From a virus (Duplodnaviria; Heunggongvirae; Uroviricota; Caudoviricetes): a stretch of 64,000 bases of DNA. The position numbers and the translations under genes were made by a program. The notes under the pieces were generated by a model that did no database searches, was not told where the DNA came from, and saw nothing but the letters and a program-made list of their open reading frames with translations. This document shows positions 49,038 through 58,691 of this stretch, piece after piece (positions within the stretch are counted from its first letter, which is position 1; every line of letters starts with the position of its first letter). The DNA lies in IMG/VR virus record IMGVR_UViG_3300047317_001031, positions 64,001 to 128,000 of that record; one strand, given 5' to 3'.

Positions 49038-49610
49038 ATGGTAGCGTTTGATATGCCGATGAATTGGGCAAAAAATCTCCTGCGAGAACTTCTCGTGGAA
49101 GAACTCGCGCCCATAAAAACATTGCTCACTCGCATCGAAGGGAATATAGAGATAATCATGACGCAAGTCGATACCGCAATCGCCTTAATCCAAGCAGACG
49201 TTCAGAAACTCGGCGCAGATCTCCTCGCCGAAATTGCCGCACTCAAGGCCGAAATCGCCGCAGGAGTAGATACCGCCCCACGATTGGCCGCTCTTAGCAA
49301 TATCGCGACGCAACTACAGCAAATTGATGCGGAAACCATCGCCGCTACGCCTATCATCATCGTCGCAACGCCCGCGAGCATTTCTCTTAGCGTGACGAAT
49401 CCGTCCCAAGTCGTGACCGTTTCCGAAGCGGCCAACGCATCGGCGACATTCACGGCAGCAAGTTCGAATACCGCCGTAGCAACCGTTGCCCCAGGTTCGG
49501 CACCCGATTCGTTCACGGTAACGGAAGTCGCTGCCGGCACCGCGACGATTACGATTTCCGATAATGCAACGCCCCCGAATACGCTTTCGGTAAACGTAAC
49601 CGCAACCTAA
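49038..49610 (+). CDS. coiled-coil plus Ig-like domain protein
   Basis: C-terminal TFTAASSNTAVATV...GTATITISD (Big_2-like); start uncertain. Confidence 0.65.
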   Translation: MVAFDMPMNWAKNLLRELLVEELAPIKTLLTRIEGNIEIIMTQVDTAIALIQADVQKLGADLLAEIAALKAEIAAGVDTAPRLAALSNIATQLQQIDAETIAATPIIIVATPASISLSVTNPSQVVTVSEAANASATFTAASSNTAVATVAPGSAPDSFTVTEVAAGTATITISDNATPPNTLSVNVTAT

Positions 49611-49656
49611 AAGCGTGGAATGATCGCGGTTTTCCTTTTCCCGCGATCATGAACGA

Positions 49657-49700
49657 AAAAAGCCGCGAGGGCTCGCCGTCCTTCCCCCTCGCGGCTTTTT
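49657..49700. terminator. bidirectional terminator
   Basis: AAAAAGCCGCGAGGG...CCCTCGCGGCTTTTT between convergent genes. Confidence 0.85.
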
Positions 49701-49907
49701 CTATTCGCTCGTTTTCGTGGGCATCGCTGATCGGCTTTTTAGCTTTCGCATGGCCCGCCTAATCTCTAATGCACATTTATCACACTCAAGAGGGGATTTC
49801 GTTCCGTCGCCATTGACAAGCAAGGCGGAACATCTACAACGGCATTCCGCCTTTGTTTTATGGAAGACGAACGCTCCCGTCTTCGAGCAGCACCGGCAAC
49901 GGATCAA
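49701..49907 (-). CDS. small Cys-rich protein
   Basis: Multiple Cys motifs; stop abuts the terminator. Confidence 0.5.
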   Translation of the reverse strand: MIRCRCCSKTGAFVFHKTKAECRCRCSALLVNGDGTKSPLECDKCALEIRRAMRKLKSRSAMPTKTSE

Positions 49908-50143
49908 TGCGCCAAAGCGCTCGTAAGCGTCACGAATGCATGGGCCAATTTCCCAACATTTTTTGATGTTTCCATATTCGCGTTCGCTATTAAAACGAGC
50001 GTATCGGATATTTGAAAGGTCGCCCTCTCTTCACGAGAGAGACGACCGCCCAATGATGCGATCTGAAATGTATTCCAGAGGCAAAGGAAGAAGACTATTA
50101 ACAATGCATGATTTCTGAAATCAGTCGTGCCCATATTCGTCAA
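49904..50143 (-). CDS. small membrane protein
   Basis: N-terminal TM helix. Confidence 0.5.
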   Translation of the reverse strand: MTNMGTTDFRNHALLIVFFLCLWNTFQIASLGGRLSREERATFQISDTLVLIANANMETSKNVGKLAHAFVTLTSALAH

Positions 50144-50591
50144 TTTCGCTAGTCCCGTCGCGATACATTGTCACCTGTACGCCGTCTCCATAGATGCCTT
50201 CCATGAACTGCTCAAGCCCGCGGACTCCTTTATCTAGGGCGCTTGCCGCTTCACAGACTTCTTTCGCTCGCGGAGAAATATATTTCCGTTCGTCTCCATA
50301 TCCGCTAAAGATATCGTATAAATCGCCTTCACAGTAATCTTCCTCATCGTCATCTTCGTCTATCGGATCAAGCCCAAAAGAAAGACGCCCTTCATTTGTG
50401 AGATGCGTGAAAACATCATGAACGCTGAATGTGCAGGGATCTCCGTCGTTGAAATGCGGCGTATACTGCGTCCAATGCACATGCGATACTTCCGGGAATT
50501 CCGTGAAGAACGTATGGAAAGTCTCGCTTAGAGCGGCTTTCGCTTTCTCCTTGAAGGATTCCAGTTCGTTAGTCAACTCTTGCAAGTTCAT
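50121..50591 (-). CDS. conserved phage hypothetical protein
   Basis: W.QYTPHFNDGDPC.F motif common in phage proteins. Confidence 0.75.
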   Translation of the reverse strand: MNLQELTNELESFKEKAKAALSETFHTFFTEFPEVSHVHWTQYTPHFNDGDPCTFSVHDVFTHLTNEGRLSFGLDPIDEDDDEEDYCEGDLYDIFSGYGDERKYISPRAKEVCEAASALDKGVRGLEQFMEGIYGDGVQVTMYRDGTSEIDEYGHD

Positions 50592-50949
50592 CGTTTGCTT
50601 CTCCTATGATCGGTCGTCCGGCATGTTTACGTTTCCTACCTCCGAGCCATGCGTAAAAAGGCATCCCCTGAAGATAGTCCGTTATTGATGGGATTCTCCC
50701 CATGTCTTCTATGATATGTTCTTCCGCTATGTCGCGAACGGAAATAATCTTCCCGCCGCTATTCGTGATATTATGTCCGAATATTCGTTCGCAAATGTAG
50801 ATCCCCCAAGAATTATGAAGCATAGCGCGATGCCGCATATCGGCATGATGCGCTTTCGATTCGTCAATGAAGTCGTGGATCGGCAGATAGTCTTCCGGGA
50901 CACCTCCCCAACGACGAACCGATGCTTTCGCATGGAGGTATGGCTTCAT
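50569..50949 (-). CDS. DUF6915-like protein
   Basis: HA.AS.RRWGG..EDY..IH..ID.SK....D.RHR..LH...EEH..ED. Confidence 0.8.
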   Translation of the reverse strand: MKPYLHAKASVRRWGGVPEDYLPIHDFIDESKAHHADMRHRAMLHNSWGIYICERIFGHNITNSGGKIISVRDIAEEHIIEDMGRIPSITDYLQGMPFYAWLGGRKRKHAGRPIIGEANDELARVD

Positions 50950-51521
50950 TCTCCGCGCGCTTTTCGGATTTCTTCATGGGTAGCGTGGCGCATGGAAATT
51001 ATGTTCCACTTATGACCCTTGAGGGCTCCTCTCAAATTATCACCGGGAATCTCATGGATTTCTTGAAGCCCCATGTAATCGACGTCGTTACTAAGGATAA
51101 CCGCTAAAAGTTTCGGGGCGTTCTTATCGGCCCCAAGAAGCGTGAGATCCTGAACGACAAAATCCCCGAGCTTGAATTTAGGCTTCGGCCGCAAGGCTTT
51201 TACGCGAGGATCGCCTTCACCGTAGAGGGCCGCTCCGAGGTCCGCCATTTTCTTTTTGTGAAGAAAAGGTTCGCGACACTCATCACACGAGAATATCTCT
51301 CCCGCTACGACTCGAAGGTCCTCTTGATTCCGTAGTCTTATAACTGCGGTGGCAATACATCTCTCGTAATATGACCCAAGTTCAAGCTTCACGTTCTCAC
51401 TCAAAATAAATTTACAAAAAGTTTCAAGTTCTTTCGCCAAACTAGCATTCGTGAGAATATCGGGGATTCCAGCCTCTTGAATCATGGACATATCCTCGCA
51501 CGGATTATCGGGAAAATGCAA
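50946..51521 (-). CDS. hypothetical protein
   Basis: 191 aa ORF, one CxxC. Confidence 0.55.
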   Translation of the reverse strand: MHFPDNPCEDMSMIQEAGIPDILTNASLAKELETFCKFILSENVKLELGSYYERCIATAVIRLRNQEDLRVVAGEIFSCDECREPFLHKKKMADLGAALYGEGDPRVKALRPKPKFKLGDFVVQDLTLLGADKNAPKLLAVILSNDVDYMGLQEIHEIPGDNLRGALKGHKWNIISMRHATHEEIRKARGE

Positions 51522-51620
51522 GAACTACAGGGGAACATCCAGATAGAATTCGCGAGCAATGCAAGGGGGCGAAAACGGCTCATCTTGCATTGCGAGCACA
51601 TTCCGTGTTTGACTGTTGAC

Positions 51621-51947
51621 ATGGAACCGAAAGAAAAGAAAACCGGCATAACGGTGCGGGAAGCGGGAAGACTCGGCGGACAAAAAGTCCTAAAAGAGCG
51701 TGGTCGGGATTTCTATAAGGAAATCGGGCAGAAGGGCGGACAAGCGACGAGGAATGCATATGGGATAGATTTTTATAAGGATATCGGACGGCGCGGAGGA
51801 ACGAAGGGCGGAGAAAAAACGCGTGATACGTACGGTCATACCTTTTATAAGGAAATCGGCGAAAAGGGCGGACAAGTAGTTCGTGATCTGATTAGGAAAG
51901 GGAAAGAAGCAAAACTCAAGGAGCAGGAAAACCAACATGATGAATAA
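51621..51947 (+). CDS. KGG-repeat general stress protein (GsiB/YciG-like)
   Basis: EAGRLGG, YKEIGQKGG, YKDIGRRGGTKGG, YKEIGEKGG. Confidence 0.85.
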   Translation: MEPKEKKTGITVREAGRLGGQKVLKERGRDFYKEIGQKGGQATRNAYGIDFYKDIGRRGGTKGGEKTRDTYGHTFYKEIGEKGGQVVRDLIRKGKEAKLKEQENQHDE

Positions 51948-52128
51948 TCTCGCATGGATCGTCCTATTCTTCGCGGCGCTCTCCGTCTTTATAGGAACGA
52001 TCGGATTTATTTTCGGGCACGGATTAGTGAATTTTCTCGCATGCGTCGCTTGTTCAATAGTCTTATTATGGGCTCTTCGCGAGGTTTCTCGGACACGAAC
52101 TTTCGGAGATATCGATAGAGGCGATTGA
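51937..52128 (+). CDS. small 2-TM membrane protein
   Basis: Two hydrophobic segments. Confidence 0.55.
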   Translation: MMNNLAWIVLFFAALSVFIGTIGFIFGHGLVNFLACVACSIVLLWALREVSRTRTFGDIDRGD

Positions 52129-52141
52129 TCATGAGTCTCTT

Positions 52142-52246
52142 ATGGTAAAGCCCGTCCCATTATTTTTCGTTATCGTTTTAGGCATAACGATAGGGGTCGT
52201 CTTGGCGGTATGGATTTTTGGGATTCCGGTTCCGCGTCTCTTATAA
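52142..52246 (+). CDS. 34-aa membrane peptide (not in track)
   Basis: MVKPVPLFFVIVLGITIGVVLAVWIFGIPVPRLL. Confidence 0.4.
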   Translation: MVKPVPLFFVIVLGITIGVVLAVWIFGIPVPRLL

Positions 52247-52300
52247 AAAAGCAAAAGAAGCGCCGGAGCGCTCCTCCCCTTCAGTTCGGGCTTAATATCA

Positions 52301-52507
52301 TCATGTAAAACACAATTCTCTCTCAGAATTGAAGCACACAACTTCCGCATCGACGCGCGGGCCTATACGAGTCGCGATTCCATTGCAAATACGCATCTCT
52401 CCGGAGAACGAATCAAACCATGCGAGAGCGGGGCATTGAAGTTCGGAGGCGTTTGTCATCGCACGGAAAACGTGACCGCGAGAGCAGCTAAATTCAAAGG
52501 TGTCCAT
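52301..52507 (-). CDS. small Zn-ribbon-like protein
   Basis: FEFSCSRGH..CP..C; extended -10 TGGTATACT at 52562-52554 upstream. Confidence 0.5.
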   Translation of the reverse strand: MDTFEFSCSRGHVFRAMTNASELQCPALAWFDSFSGEMRICNGIATRIGPRVDAEVVCFNSERELCFT

Positions 52508-52749
52508 GATGTTATCCTATTGCTTCCATGTTAAGGTTAAAGAAAGAACGTCTAGTATACCATAAGAAAGCAAGAAAAACGCAAAAGCCCCTTGCCTACT
52601 GTGGATAAGGAGGGGCCTTAACGCACGACGACTACTATCGCTTCGTATTGAGAAAAACCATGACTCAATACTCTCGCATGCTAGCGCGTATTCTTTTAAG
52701 AAGTCAAGGGAAAGAGGTTCTCGTTCAATAGGACGGCGAACCAGCGGGC

Positions 52750-53034
52750 ATGGTCGTTTTTACGCGCGTCATGTGGGCTATGACTTTCATTATTGTAATA
52801 ATAGGGGTTACTTCTAGCATCAGGATGCACCAATTACGAGCGGAAGATGTGAAAGAAAAGGCATGGGAAAAAACCGTTGTTGGTCGCTGTCCGCATACGC
52901 CGATCGTCGCTCGCTCATGTTTCAACCCTGACGGAAGCATCGAAGTGATATGGCCGCATCAAAGCGCGGAAATCATGATCCCGGTGCCTATGATGCCGAT
53001 TCCGGCAACAATCTCGCCGTCACAGAGAACCTAA
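52750..53034 (+). CDS. membrane-anchored hypothetical protein
   Basis: N-terminal TM helix. Confidence 0.5.
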   Translation: MVVFTRVMWAMTFIIVIIGVTSSIRMHQLRAEDVKEKAWEKTVVGRCPHTPIVARSCFNPDGSIEVIWPHQSAEIMIPVPMMPIPATISPSQRT

Positions 53035-53140
53035 AAACGCCATGCGAAAGATAATATAACCTCTCCCACGAAGTAATCAATTCCGATCTGCGGCAACGCG
53101 GTACGGTTAATAAGTAGACCAAGCATATTATGGTGTAGAA

Positions 53141-53761
53141 TTGAAGGAGAGCACGCTCGCGTTCCCTTTTTATGCCGCCGATTGGTTAGGCGACGAGCAG
53201 ATCATGGCGATGTCTTCCGCCGAACGCGGGGTGTATATCACCTTGCTTGCTTTCGTATGTCGTGACGGTAATCTCCCGAATGATTCTAACGTGTTAGCTC
53301 GCCTGGTTGGAGAGCCGCACGACATATTCAAAAAAGTATGGTTAAAAATTCTTCCGTTCTTCGTTGAGCAAGAAGACGGACGCCTAGTAAGTTCATTTTT
53401 AGAAAAAGGACGAAAGAGGGCGGCGGTTTCTTGCGTGCTTCCCTTGTTGCCGGCAGACGTGAACTTCGGAGATATCGAACCGGACGTCGCCTGCTATGTT
53501 GCGAATGCTGCGGCGGGAAATAAAAGCGGCAAAATATTCCCCGGTCGCATCCTCTCGCTTCGGCGTGATTTGTTTCGGGTGCTTGAAGAAGTGCAAGACC
53601 GCGACGCGTTCGCTTATGGATTACGTGCGGCCAATAGCAGAAACGCCGTCAATCCGAATTACGTAAAAGCCGCCGCTCTTACCAAAAAAAACAATTCGCA
53701 GCCGTCGTTACTCCGTATCCCTTCTCTCCAATATCGCCAAGGATCGGTCCCCCCCCAATGA
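53141..53761 (+). CDS. DUF1376/YdaU-like replication initiator
   Basis: FPFYAADWL.D....MS.AERGVYITLL; directly upstream of DnaB. Confidence 0.8.
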   Translation: MKESTLAFPFYAADWLGDEQIMAMSSAERGVYITLLAFVCRDGNLPNDSNVLARLVGEPHDIFKKVWLKILPFFVEQEDGRLVSSFLEKGRKRAAVSCVLPLLPADVNFGDIEPDVACYVANAAAGNKSGKIFPGRILSLRRDLFRVLEEVQDRDAFAYGLRAANSRNAVNPNYVKAAALTKKNNSQPSLLRIPSLQYRQGSVPPQ

Positions 53762-55167
53762 GTTCAGATATCTCCCAACTGGTTCCCCCGCATAATATAG
53801 AGGCGGAAATGACCGTTCTAGGCTCTATCCTCACGGATCAAGCCCTGATCCATGAAATCATCGGGGTGATCCAGCCGGAAGATTTCTATAGCGCCATGCA
53901 CGAGAGAATTTTCTCCTCGATGCTCATACTCGCGAATAGTTTGTCTCCGATTGACGCAATCACCCTTGCGGAAAAAGCACATCATCTTAAACCGGAAGAG
54001 CAAGCGAACGAGTTTGCCTATTATGCAAAACTGCTTGATATCGTTCCGAGCGCCGATAACATACGTCATTATGCGGCTATCGTAAAAGAGAAGTCTGCGT
54101 TACGGGCGATTCTCCGGGCCGCATCGGGGATGACTCGGCTTGCCTATCTCGGAGAAGACAATGTAGAACGCACGTTCTCCGAGGCAGAAGCGCTATGGAA
54201 GAAAGCATGTGATCAAAAATGCAGGGTACGAGGCGCGCTCAATCTCGCAGAGGCCATTAAGGAGAATTACTACCGTGTCACGGATCTTGCGTACGGGCAA
54301 GCCGTTAGCGCCGTACAGAAGACCCCCTGGAGAGCCGTCAACGAGTACTTAGGGGGGTTCTGCCCAGGAAACCTCATCGTATGGGCGGGAGCCCCCAAGG
54401 CGGGCAAGAGCGGCGCCGTTCTTACGCTGGCGGATTATGTCGCGGCAACGTACGGCACGGTCATGTATTGCAGCATGGAACTTACCCTCGCCGAAATGGT
54501 CATGCGGTACGTAGCGCTCTATAGCGGCGTATCCGTGAAACGGCAGCTTGAGGGGAATTTGAGCGAAAAAGAACTCATGGATATGTCCGACGTCCAAGGG
54601 CAAGTCGCAGAACGTTCTATGAGCTTCTACGGGCGAGAATCATGCAAGAGCCTCCCGCTTATCCGATCAGAACTACGGGATCTCAAACGCAAGGAGCATG
54701 TCGTCGCGATGGTTATCGACGGCGTGAACTTTCTAAGCGAAGTGGATGCTTCCAGTTCAAGCGACCGATCAAGCAAGAATGATCGCATGGATCGGGTATA
54801 TCGGGACATCCTAAGCCTTGGTAGCGAGAATCAGGTTGTAAGTCATGTCGTCACGCACATCAATCGCGAGGGACAAAAAAACGGGCACCCCAAAATGTCC
54901 GATATCCGAGACGGCGGAAACCCCGAGGGACATGCCCATGCGGTGATTATGCCGTATCGGGAAAACGCCTTGTCCAATGTCGAGGCCGATCGTGAAGAAG
55001 GTCAATTCGTTATCGCCGCTACGCGTACGGGATCTGCCGGGGTTCTTGATATGAGTTTCAAACTCGGCCGCGGATTATGGCTTGGGAGAGATGATAAACG
55101 TCCCTGGTTCGAAATAAAATCAACGAATAATGCACATAACGGATTGAAAGAAGCATCCGGGTTTTAG
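53758..55167 (+). CDS. dnaB: replicative DNA helicase
   Basis: PPHNIEAE..VLG N-domain; GAPKAGKS Walker A; SMEL; SDIRDGG. Confidence 0.92.
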   Translation: MSSDISQLVPPHNIEAEMTVLGSILTDQALIHEIIGVIQPEDFYSAMHERIFSSMLILANSLSPIDAITLAEKAHHLKPEEQANEFAYYAKLLDIVPSADNIRHYAAIVKEKSALRAILRAASGMTRLAYLGEDNVERTFSEAEALWKKACDQKCRVRGALNLAEAIKENYYRVTDLAYGQAVSAVQKTPWRAVNEYLGGFCPGNLIVWAGAPKAGKSGAVLTLADYVAATYGTVMYCSMELTLAEMVMRYVALYSGVSVKRQLEGNLSEKELMDMSDVQGQVAERSMSFYGRESCKSLPLIRSELRDLKRKEHVVAMVIDGVNFLSEVDASSSSDRSSKNDRMDRVYRDILSLGSENQVVSHVVTHINREGQKNGHPKMSDIRDGGNPEGHAHAVIMPYRENALSNVEADREEGQFVIAATRTGSAGVLDMSFKLGRGLWLGRDDKRPWFEIKSTNNAHNGLKEASGF

Positions 55168-55279
55168 CCTCCATATCCCCTTGACGGGGACGCTCATTGC
55201 GTGGGATTATTCTCATGAAACGATGATTTTGTGGTATTTTATTACTGGTTTGAATGTAGTATCTAATGCAGGAGGCATT

Positions 55280-55816
55280 ATGGGAAGACCTATTGTCGAT
55301 ATGGTTGGACGTAAGTATGGGAGGCTAACGGTGGAGTCTCGCGCTCCCATAAAGAGGCAACGATTTGACCAGGCAACCTGGAATTGTATCTGTGAATGCG
55401 GAAACAAAATCGTCTTGCCGGGGAGCTTTCTTCGGGGAGGTTCATATAAAAGCTGTGGTTGTTTCCGACGCGATAGGATGGGGCAAGTTTTCAGGAAGCA
55501 TGGCAAGTCAAAAACCCCGCAGTATTGCGCTTTCTATGATGCTCGCAAGAGATCCATAGAATATAGTCTCCCATTTGATATTGAGCCGGAAGATATCATT
55601 ATACCTGAAACGTGTCCGGTTCTTGGTGTCAAACTTGTAAGCGGTGGCCCGCGAGACAATGCTCCATCACTAGATCGTGTTATCCCTGAACTTGGGTATA
55701 CGCGCGGGAATATACGGGTCATATCATTTCGCGCAAATCGCATAAAATCGGATGCGAGAATCATTGATCTTGAGGCAGTTATAAAGTATATTCGTGAGGC
55801 AACTTGCGATATCTAA
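55280..55816 (+). CDS. His-Me/HNH-type homing endonuclease
   Basis: GRKYGRLTV..W.C.CECG..KSCGC; PSLDRV...GY..GNI.VIS..AN; GGAGG RBS. Confidence 0.8.
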   Translation: MGRPIVDMVGRKYGRLTVESRAPIKRQRFDQATWNCICECGNKIVLPGSFLRGGSYKSCGCFRRDRMGQVFRKHGKSKTPQYCAFYDARKRSIEYSLPFDIEPEDIIIPETCPVLGVKLVSGGPRDNAPSLDRVIPELGYTRGNIRVISFRANRIKSDARIIDLEAVIKYIREATCDI

Positions 55817-58263
55817 GTGTATGCTCTGGAATCGAAAGCGCGAGCGTAGCTTTTGAACCTTTAGGTTGGGTCCCCGTAGCATTCGCAGAGATCGATCCGT
55901 TTGCATGCGCTGTTCTCAAACACCGTTTTCCGCATGTACCGAATCTCGGCGATTTTACAAAGATAGGATTAGATGATGTCGGAGCAGTTGACCTTATTGT
56001 CGGAGGAACGCCTTGTTTCGGAGCAGGAACCCTGATACTCACGAAACAGGGATTCCATCCTATTGAGGAAGTCAAAATCGGCGATATGGTTTTAACTCAC
56101 AAGGGCCGATATCGCCCCGTTACAGCAGTTGGATCGAAAATTGCACCAACAGTCAAGCTATGCGCTCAAGGAACAAGCGGAACAATAACGACAAAGGAAC
56201 ATCGGTTTCTCGTTGCGGATGTTCAACGTTGGGCTACTCATGAAAACGGGAAAAGTATTCGAAAACTTGAACGACACAAAGAAGAGTGGAGAGAGATCAG
56301 CAAGAGCATAGGATCGTACGTCGCTTCTCCGCAGGAATTTCCGTCGCTGATCATTCCGCCGATTTCGCTTAAAGGACGTGAGTTTCCATTTGAGATAAAA
56401 AACAAGCAAGACTTCTTTTGGATCATCGGGGCTTGGGTTGGAAATGGATGGGTTCAGATAGACCGGCGACGCGGACGAGCCGTTATATCTGCACGCAAAG
56501 GGAAGAAGGCTCAGGAAATGGCAGAGCACCTTTCCGCAGGGATCTATAATTTCTGCGAGGTCAGTGAATCCACGTCGCAGAAATTTCACATTGCGTCACG
56601 CCCATTGGCTCGATGGCTTTCACAAGAGTTTGGATCAGGCGCCGTTAATAAACAAATTCCGTCGTGGCTTTTGGGCTCCGAAAAAGAATTACGTGGGGCG
56701 TTTATGGAGGGTTATCTTGCGACGGACGGATGTATTCCGTTGGGAAAGCCCTATATGTCGTTCACAACGGTCTCACGGAAATTGGCTTTCGGGATTCGCA
56801 TGCTTGCACAGTCGCTTGGTTTTTCCGTAAGTGTTCATCTGCATATTCCTCCGACTACATGCATCATCGAGGGACGAACCGTTAATCAGCGACCTCTCTA
56901 CACGATTCGCGTCCCTAAAGATGCACGATCATCGTGGGCGCGGGACAGTTATCGTTTTGGGTTGGTTCGGAAAGTTGAAGAAACCGGATCATTGGATCGT
57001 GTATATGACATCACCGTGGAAGAGGATCATTCGTATGTCGCAGATGGATTTTGCGTTCACAACTGCCAAGACTTCTCCGTTGCGGGACTCCGAGCGGGGA
57101 TGGATGGAAAGCGTGGTCAACTCACGATCGAATTCATTCATCTTCTTGAGCGAATTCGGCCCCGCTGGGTGGTTTGGGAAAACGTCCCCGGCGTCTTGTC
57201 AAGTGACGACGGACGGGCGTTTGGAACCTTTCTCGGAGCGTTGGGGAAACTCGGGTATGGGTTCGCTTACCGGATTCTTAACGCTGAATACTTCGGTGTT
57301 CCACAACGACGCAACCGCGTCTTCGTTGTCGGATATCTTGGAGACTGGCGACCTCCCGCAGCGGTATTATTTAACAAAGATAGCTTGTGCCGGAATCCTC
57401 CGCCGAGCAGAAAAACGGGGGAGATCGCTGCCCCCCTCCTTGCGAGCGGCGTTGGAGCAGGCGGCGGGGCTTCCGACAACTCCGCAATAGCGAATCACCT
57501 CGTAGCGAATGCCTTGACGGGGAATGCCTACGCAGATCGCGCCGGAGAAGAAACGAATCTCATCGCGCATACGCTTCGAGGCGAAGGCTTTGATGCATCA
57601 GAAGATGGGACGGGGCGCGGAATTCCGCTCGTCGCCGCATTTTTAGGAGGCCAATCTTCACAAGCAAGAAGCCTCGCCTATAGCGAATCGGTTTTCCCTA
57701 CGCTTAAGGCCGCTTCAAGCGGAACGAATCAAGTCCCGAGTATAGTTGCGGTCGTAAATGGAAATAGCACGCCCGAAGTTTCCATGGATATCGCTATGCC
57801 CTTACGAGCGAACGACGGAAGCGGGAATCGACAAGCGATTTTAGCGTTTGATACGACGCAGATTACCTCGCCTCAAAGCAGAAGCCATCCGAAGCCGGGA
57901 GATCCATGTCATCCGCTAGCAGCGGCAGCGCACGCCCCCGCAATCGCTTTTCAGCCAAAAGCATCCGTCACGCAAAGTATGAGCATCGGCGAAACGTGCC
58001 CGACGATCGGAACGACGAAAGAACCGGGAGTTTATACTCGCATGGCGATACGGAGATTAACTCCTACTGAGTGCGAAAGACTACAGAATTTTCCTGATAA
58101 TTTTACGTTAGTCCCTTATCGCAGGAAACTCGCAAAAGATGGCCCACGATATAGGGCGATCGGGAATAGCATGTGTACTTCCGTTATGTCTTGGATCGGA
58201 AAACGTATTCAACTGGTAGAGGAAATACGAAATGCGAAAGAAAGTTGCTCCACAGAATGTTAA
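55804..58263 (+). CDS. DNA (cytosine-5)-methyltransferase with intein
   Basis: SVCSGI motif I, GGTP-C-QDFS motif IV after splicing, WENVPG, PQRRNRVF, YRAIGNS. Confidence 0.93.
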   Translation: MRYLSVCSGIESASVAFEPLGWVPVAFAEIDPFACAVLKHRFPHVPNLGDFTKIGLDDVGAVDLIVGGTPCFGAGTLILTKQGFHPIEEVKIGDMVLTHKGRYRPVTAVGSKIAPTVKLCAQGTSGTITTKEHRFLVADVQRWATHENGKSIRKLERHKEEWREISKSIGSYVASPQEFPSLIIPPISLKGREFPFEIKNKQDFFWIIGAWVGNGWVQIDRRRGRAVISARKGKKAQEMAEHLSAGIYNFCEVSESTSQKFHIASRPLARWLSQEFGSGAVNKQIPSWLLGSEKELRGAFMEGYLATDGCIPLGKPYMSFTTVSRKLAFGIRMLAQSLGFSVSVHLHIPPTTCIIEGRTVNQRPLYTIRVPKDARSSWARDSYRFGLVRKVEETGSLDRVYDITVEEDHSYVADGFCVHNCQDFSVAGLRAGMDGKRGQLTIEFIHLLERIRPRWVVWENVPGVLSSDDGRAFGTFLGALGKLGYGFAYRILNAEYFGVPQRRNRVFVVGYLGDWRPPAAVLFNKDSLCRNPPPSRKTGEIAAPLLASGVGAGGGASDNSAIANHLVANALTGNAYADRAGEETNLIAHTLRGEGFDASEDGTGRGIPLVAAFLGGQSSQARSLAYSESVFPTLKAASSGTNQVPSIVAVVNGNSTPEVSMDIAMPLRANDGSGNRQAILAFDTTQITSPQSRSHPKPGDPCHPLAAAAHAPAIAFQPKASVTQSMSIGETCPTIGTTKEPGVYTRMAIRRLTPTECERLQNFPDNFTLVPYRRKLAKDGPRYRAIGNSMCTSVMSWIGKRIQLVEEIRNAKESCSTEC
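56014..57063 (+). mobile_element. intein with LAGLIDADG endonuclease (350 aa)
   Basis: CFGAGTLILT...FCVHN then Cys+1; IGAWVGNG and MEGYLATDG blocks. Confidence 0.92.
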
Positions 58264-58460
58264 TCCTTGAGCTCGTAAAGACATCCGATCAGGCATTCGC
58301 TGCGGCGGCGTTTATCGGTGATTGGATTTTAGCACATGGAGAAGATGGGCTTGGTGATCGCGCTTATTTCCAATCAAAGATGCTTGTCTTTAATCCAGAC
58401 TCAAAACTTGTCGGGGTCGTCGTGAAGGTAGGGATGGATCAATGGAGACTTCTCCAATAA
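58257..58460 (+). CDS. hypothetical protein
   Basis: Overlaps the methyltransferase stop. Confidence 0.45.
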   Translation: MLILELVKTSDQAFAAAAFIGDWILAHGEDGLGDRAYFQSKMLVFNPDSKLVGVVVKVGMDQWRLLQ

Positions 58461-58687
58461 AAATGAAGCGCGCGGAGAACCGGCATCAATGCGAACGAAG
58501 CAAGGGGCGATCGAAGCGCTTATGGGCTTTATGGAAATCTCGATCCATTGACGATATGGCGCCGAACCCTAAGCAAATTGGATTCTGGGCACGTACCCGC
58601 AAGCCGTGTTCTTGCTCCATGTGCGGGCATCAACGGAAATGGTTCGGGCCGAAGTTTTCCGAGATGCGGCATCTAGCGGAGGACTAA
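58442..58687 (+). CDS. small basic protein with PCSCxxCG motif
   Basis: RTRKPCSCSMCGHQRK; start may be 58463. Confidence 0.7.
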   Translation: METSPIKMKRAENRHQCERSKGRSKRLWALWKSRSIDDMAPNPKQIGFWARTRKPCSCSMCGHQRKWFGPKFSEMRHLAED

Positions 58688-58691
58688 GCAC

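Noticed and set aside
52600-52608. Perfect DnaA box (TTATCCACA, minus strand) upstream of the replication genes
   Set aside because: A single 9-mer is expected about 0.5 times by chance in 64 kb on two strands; no cluster of boxes.
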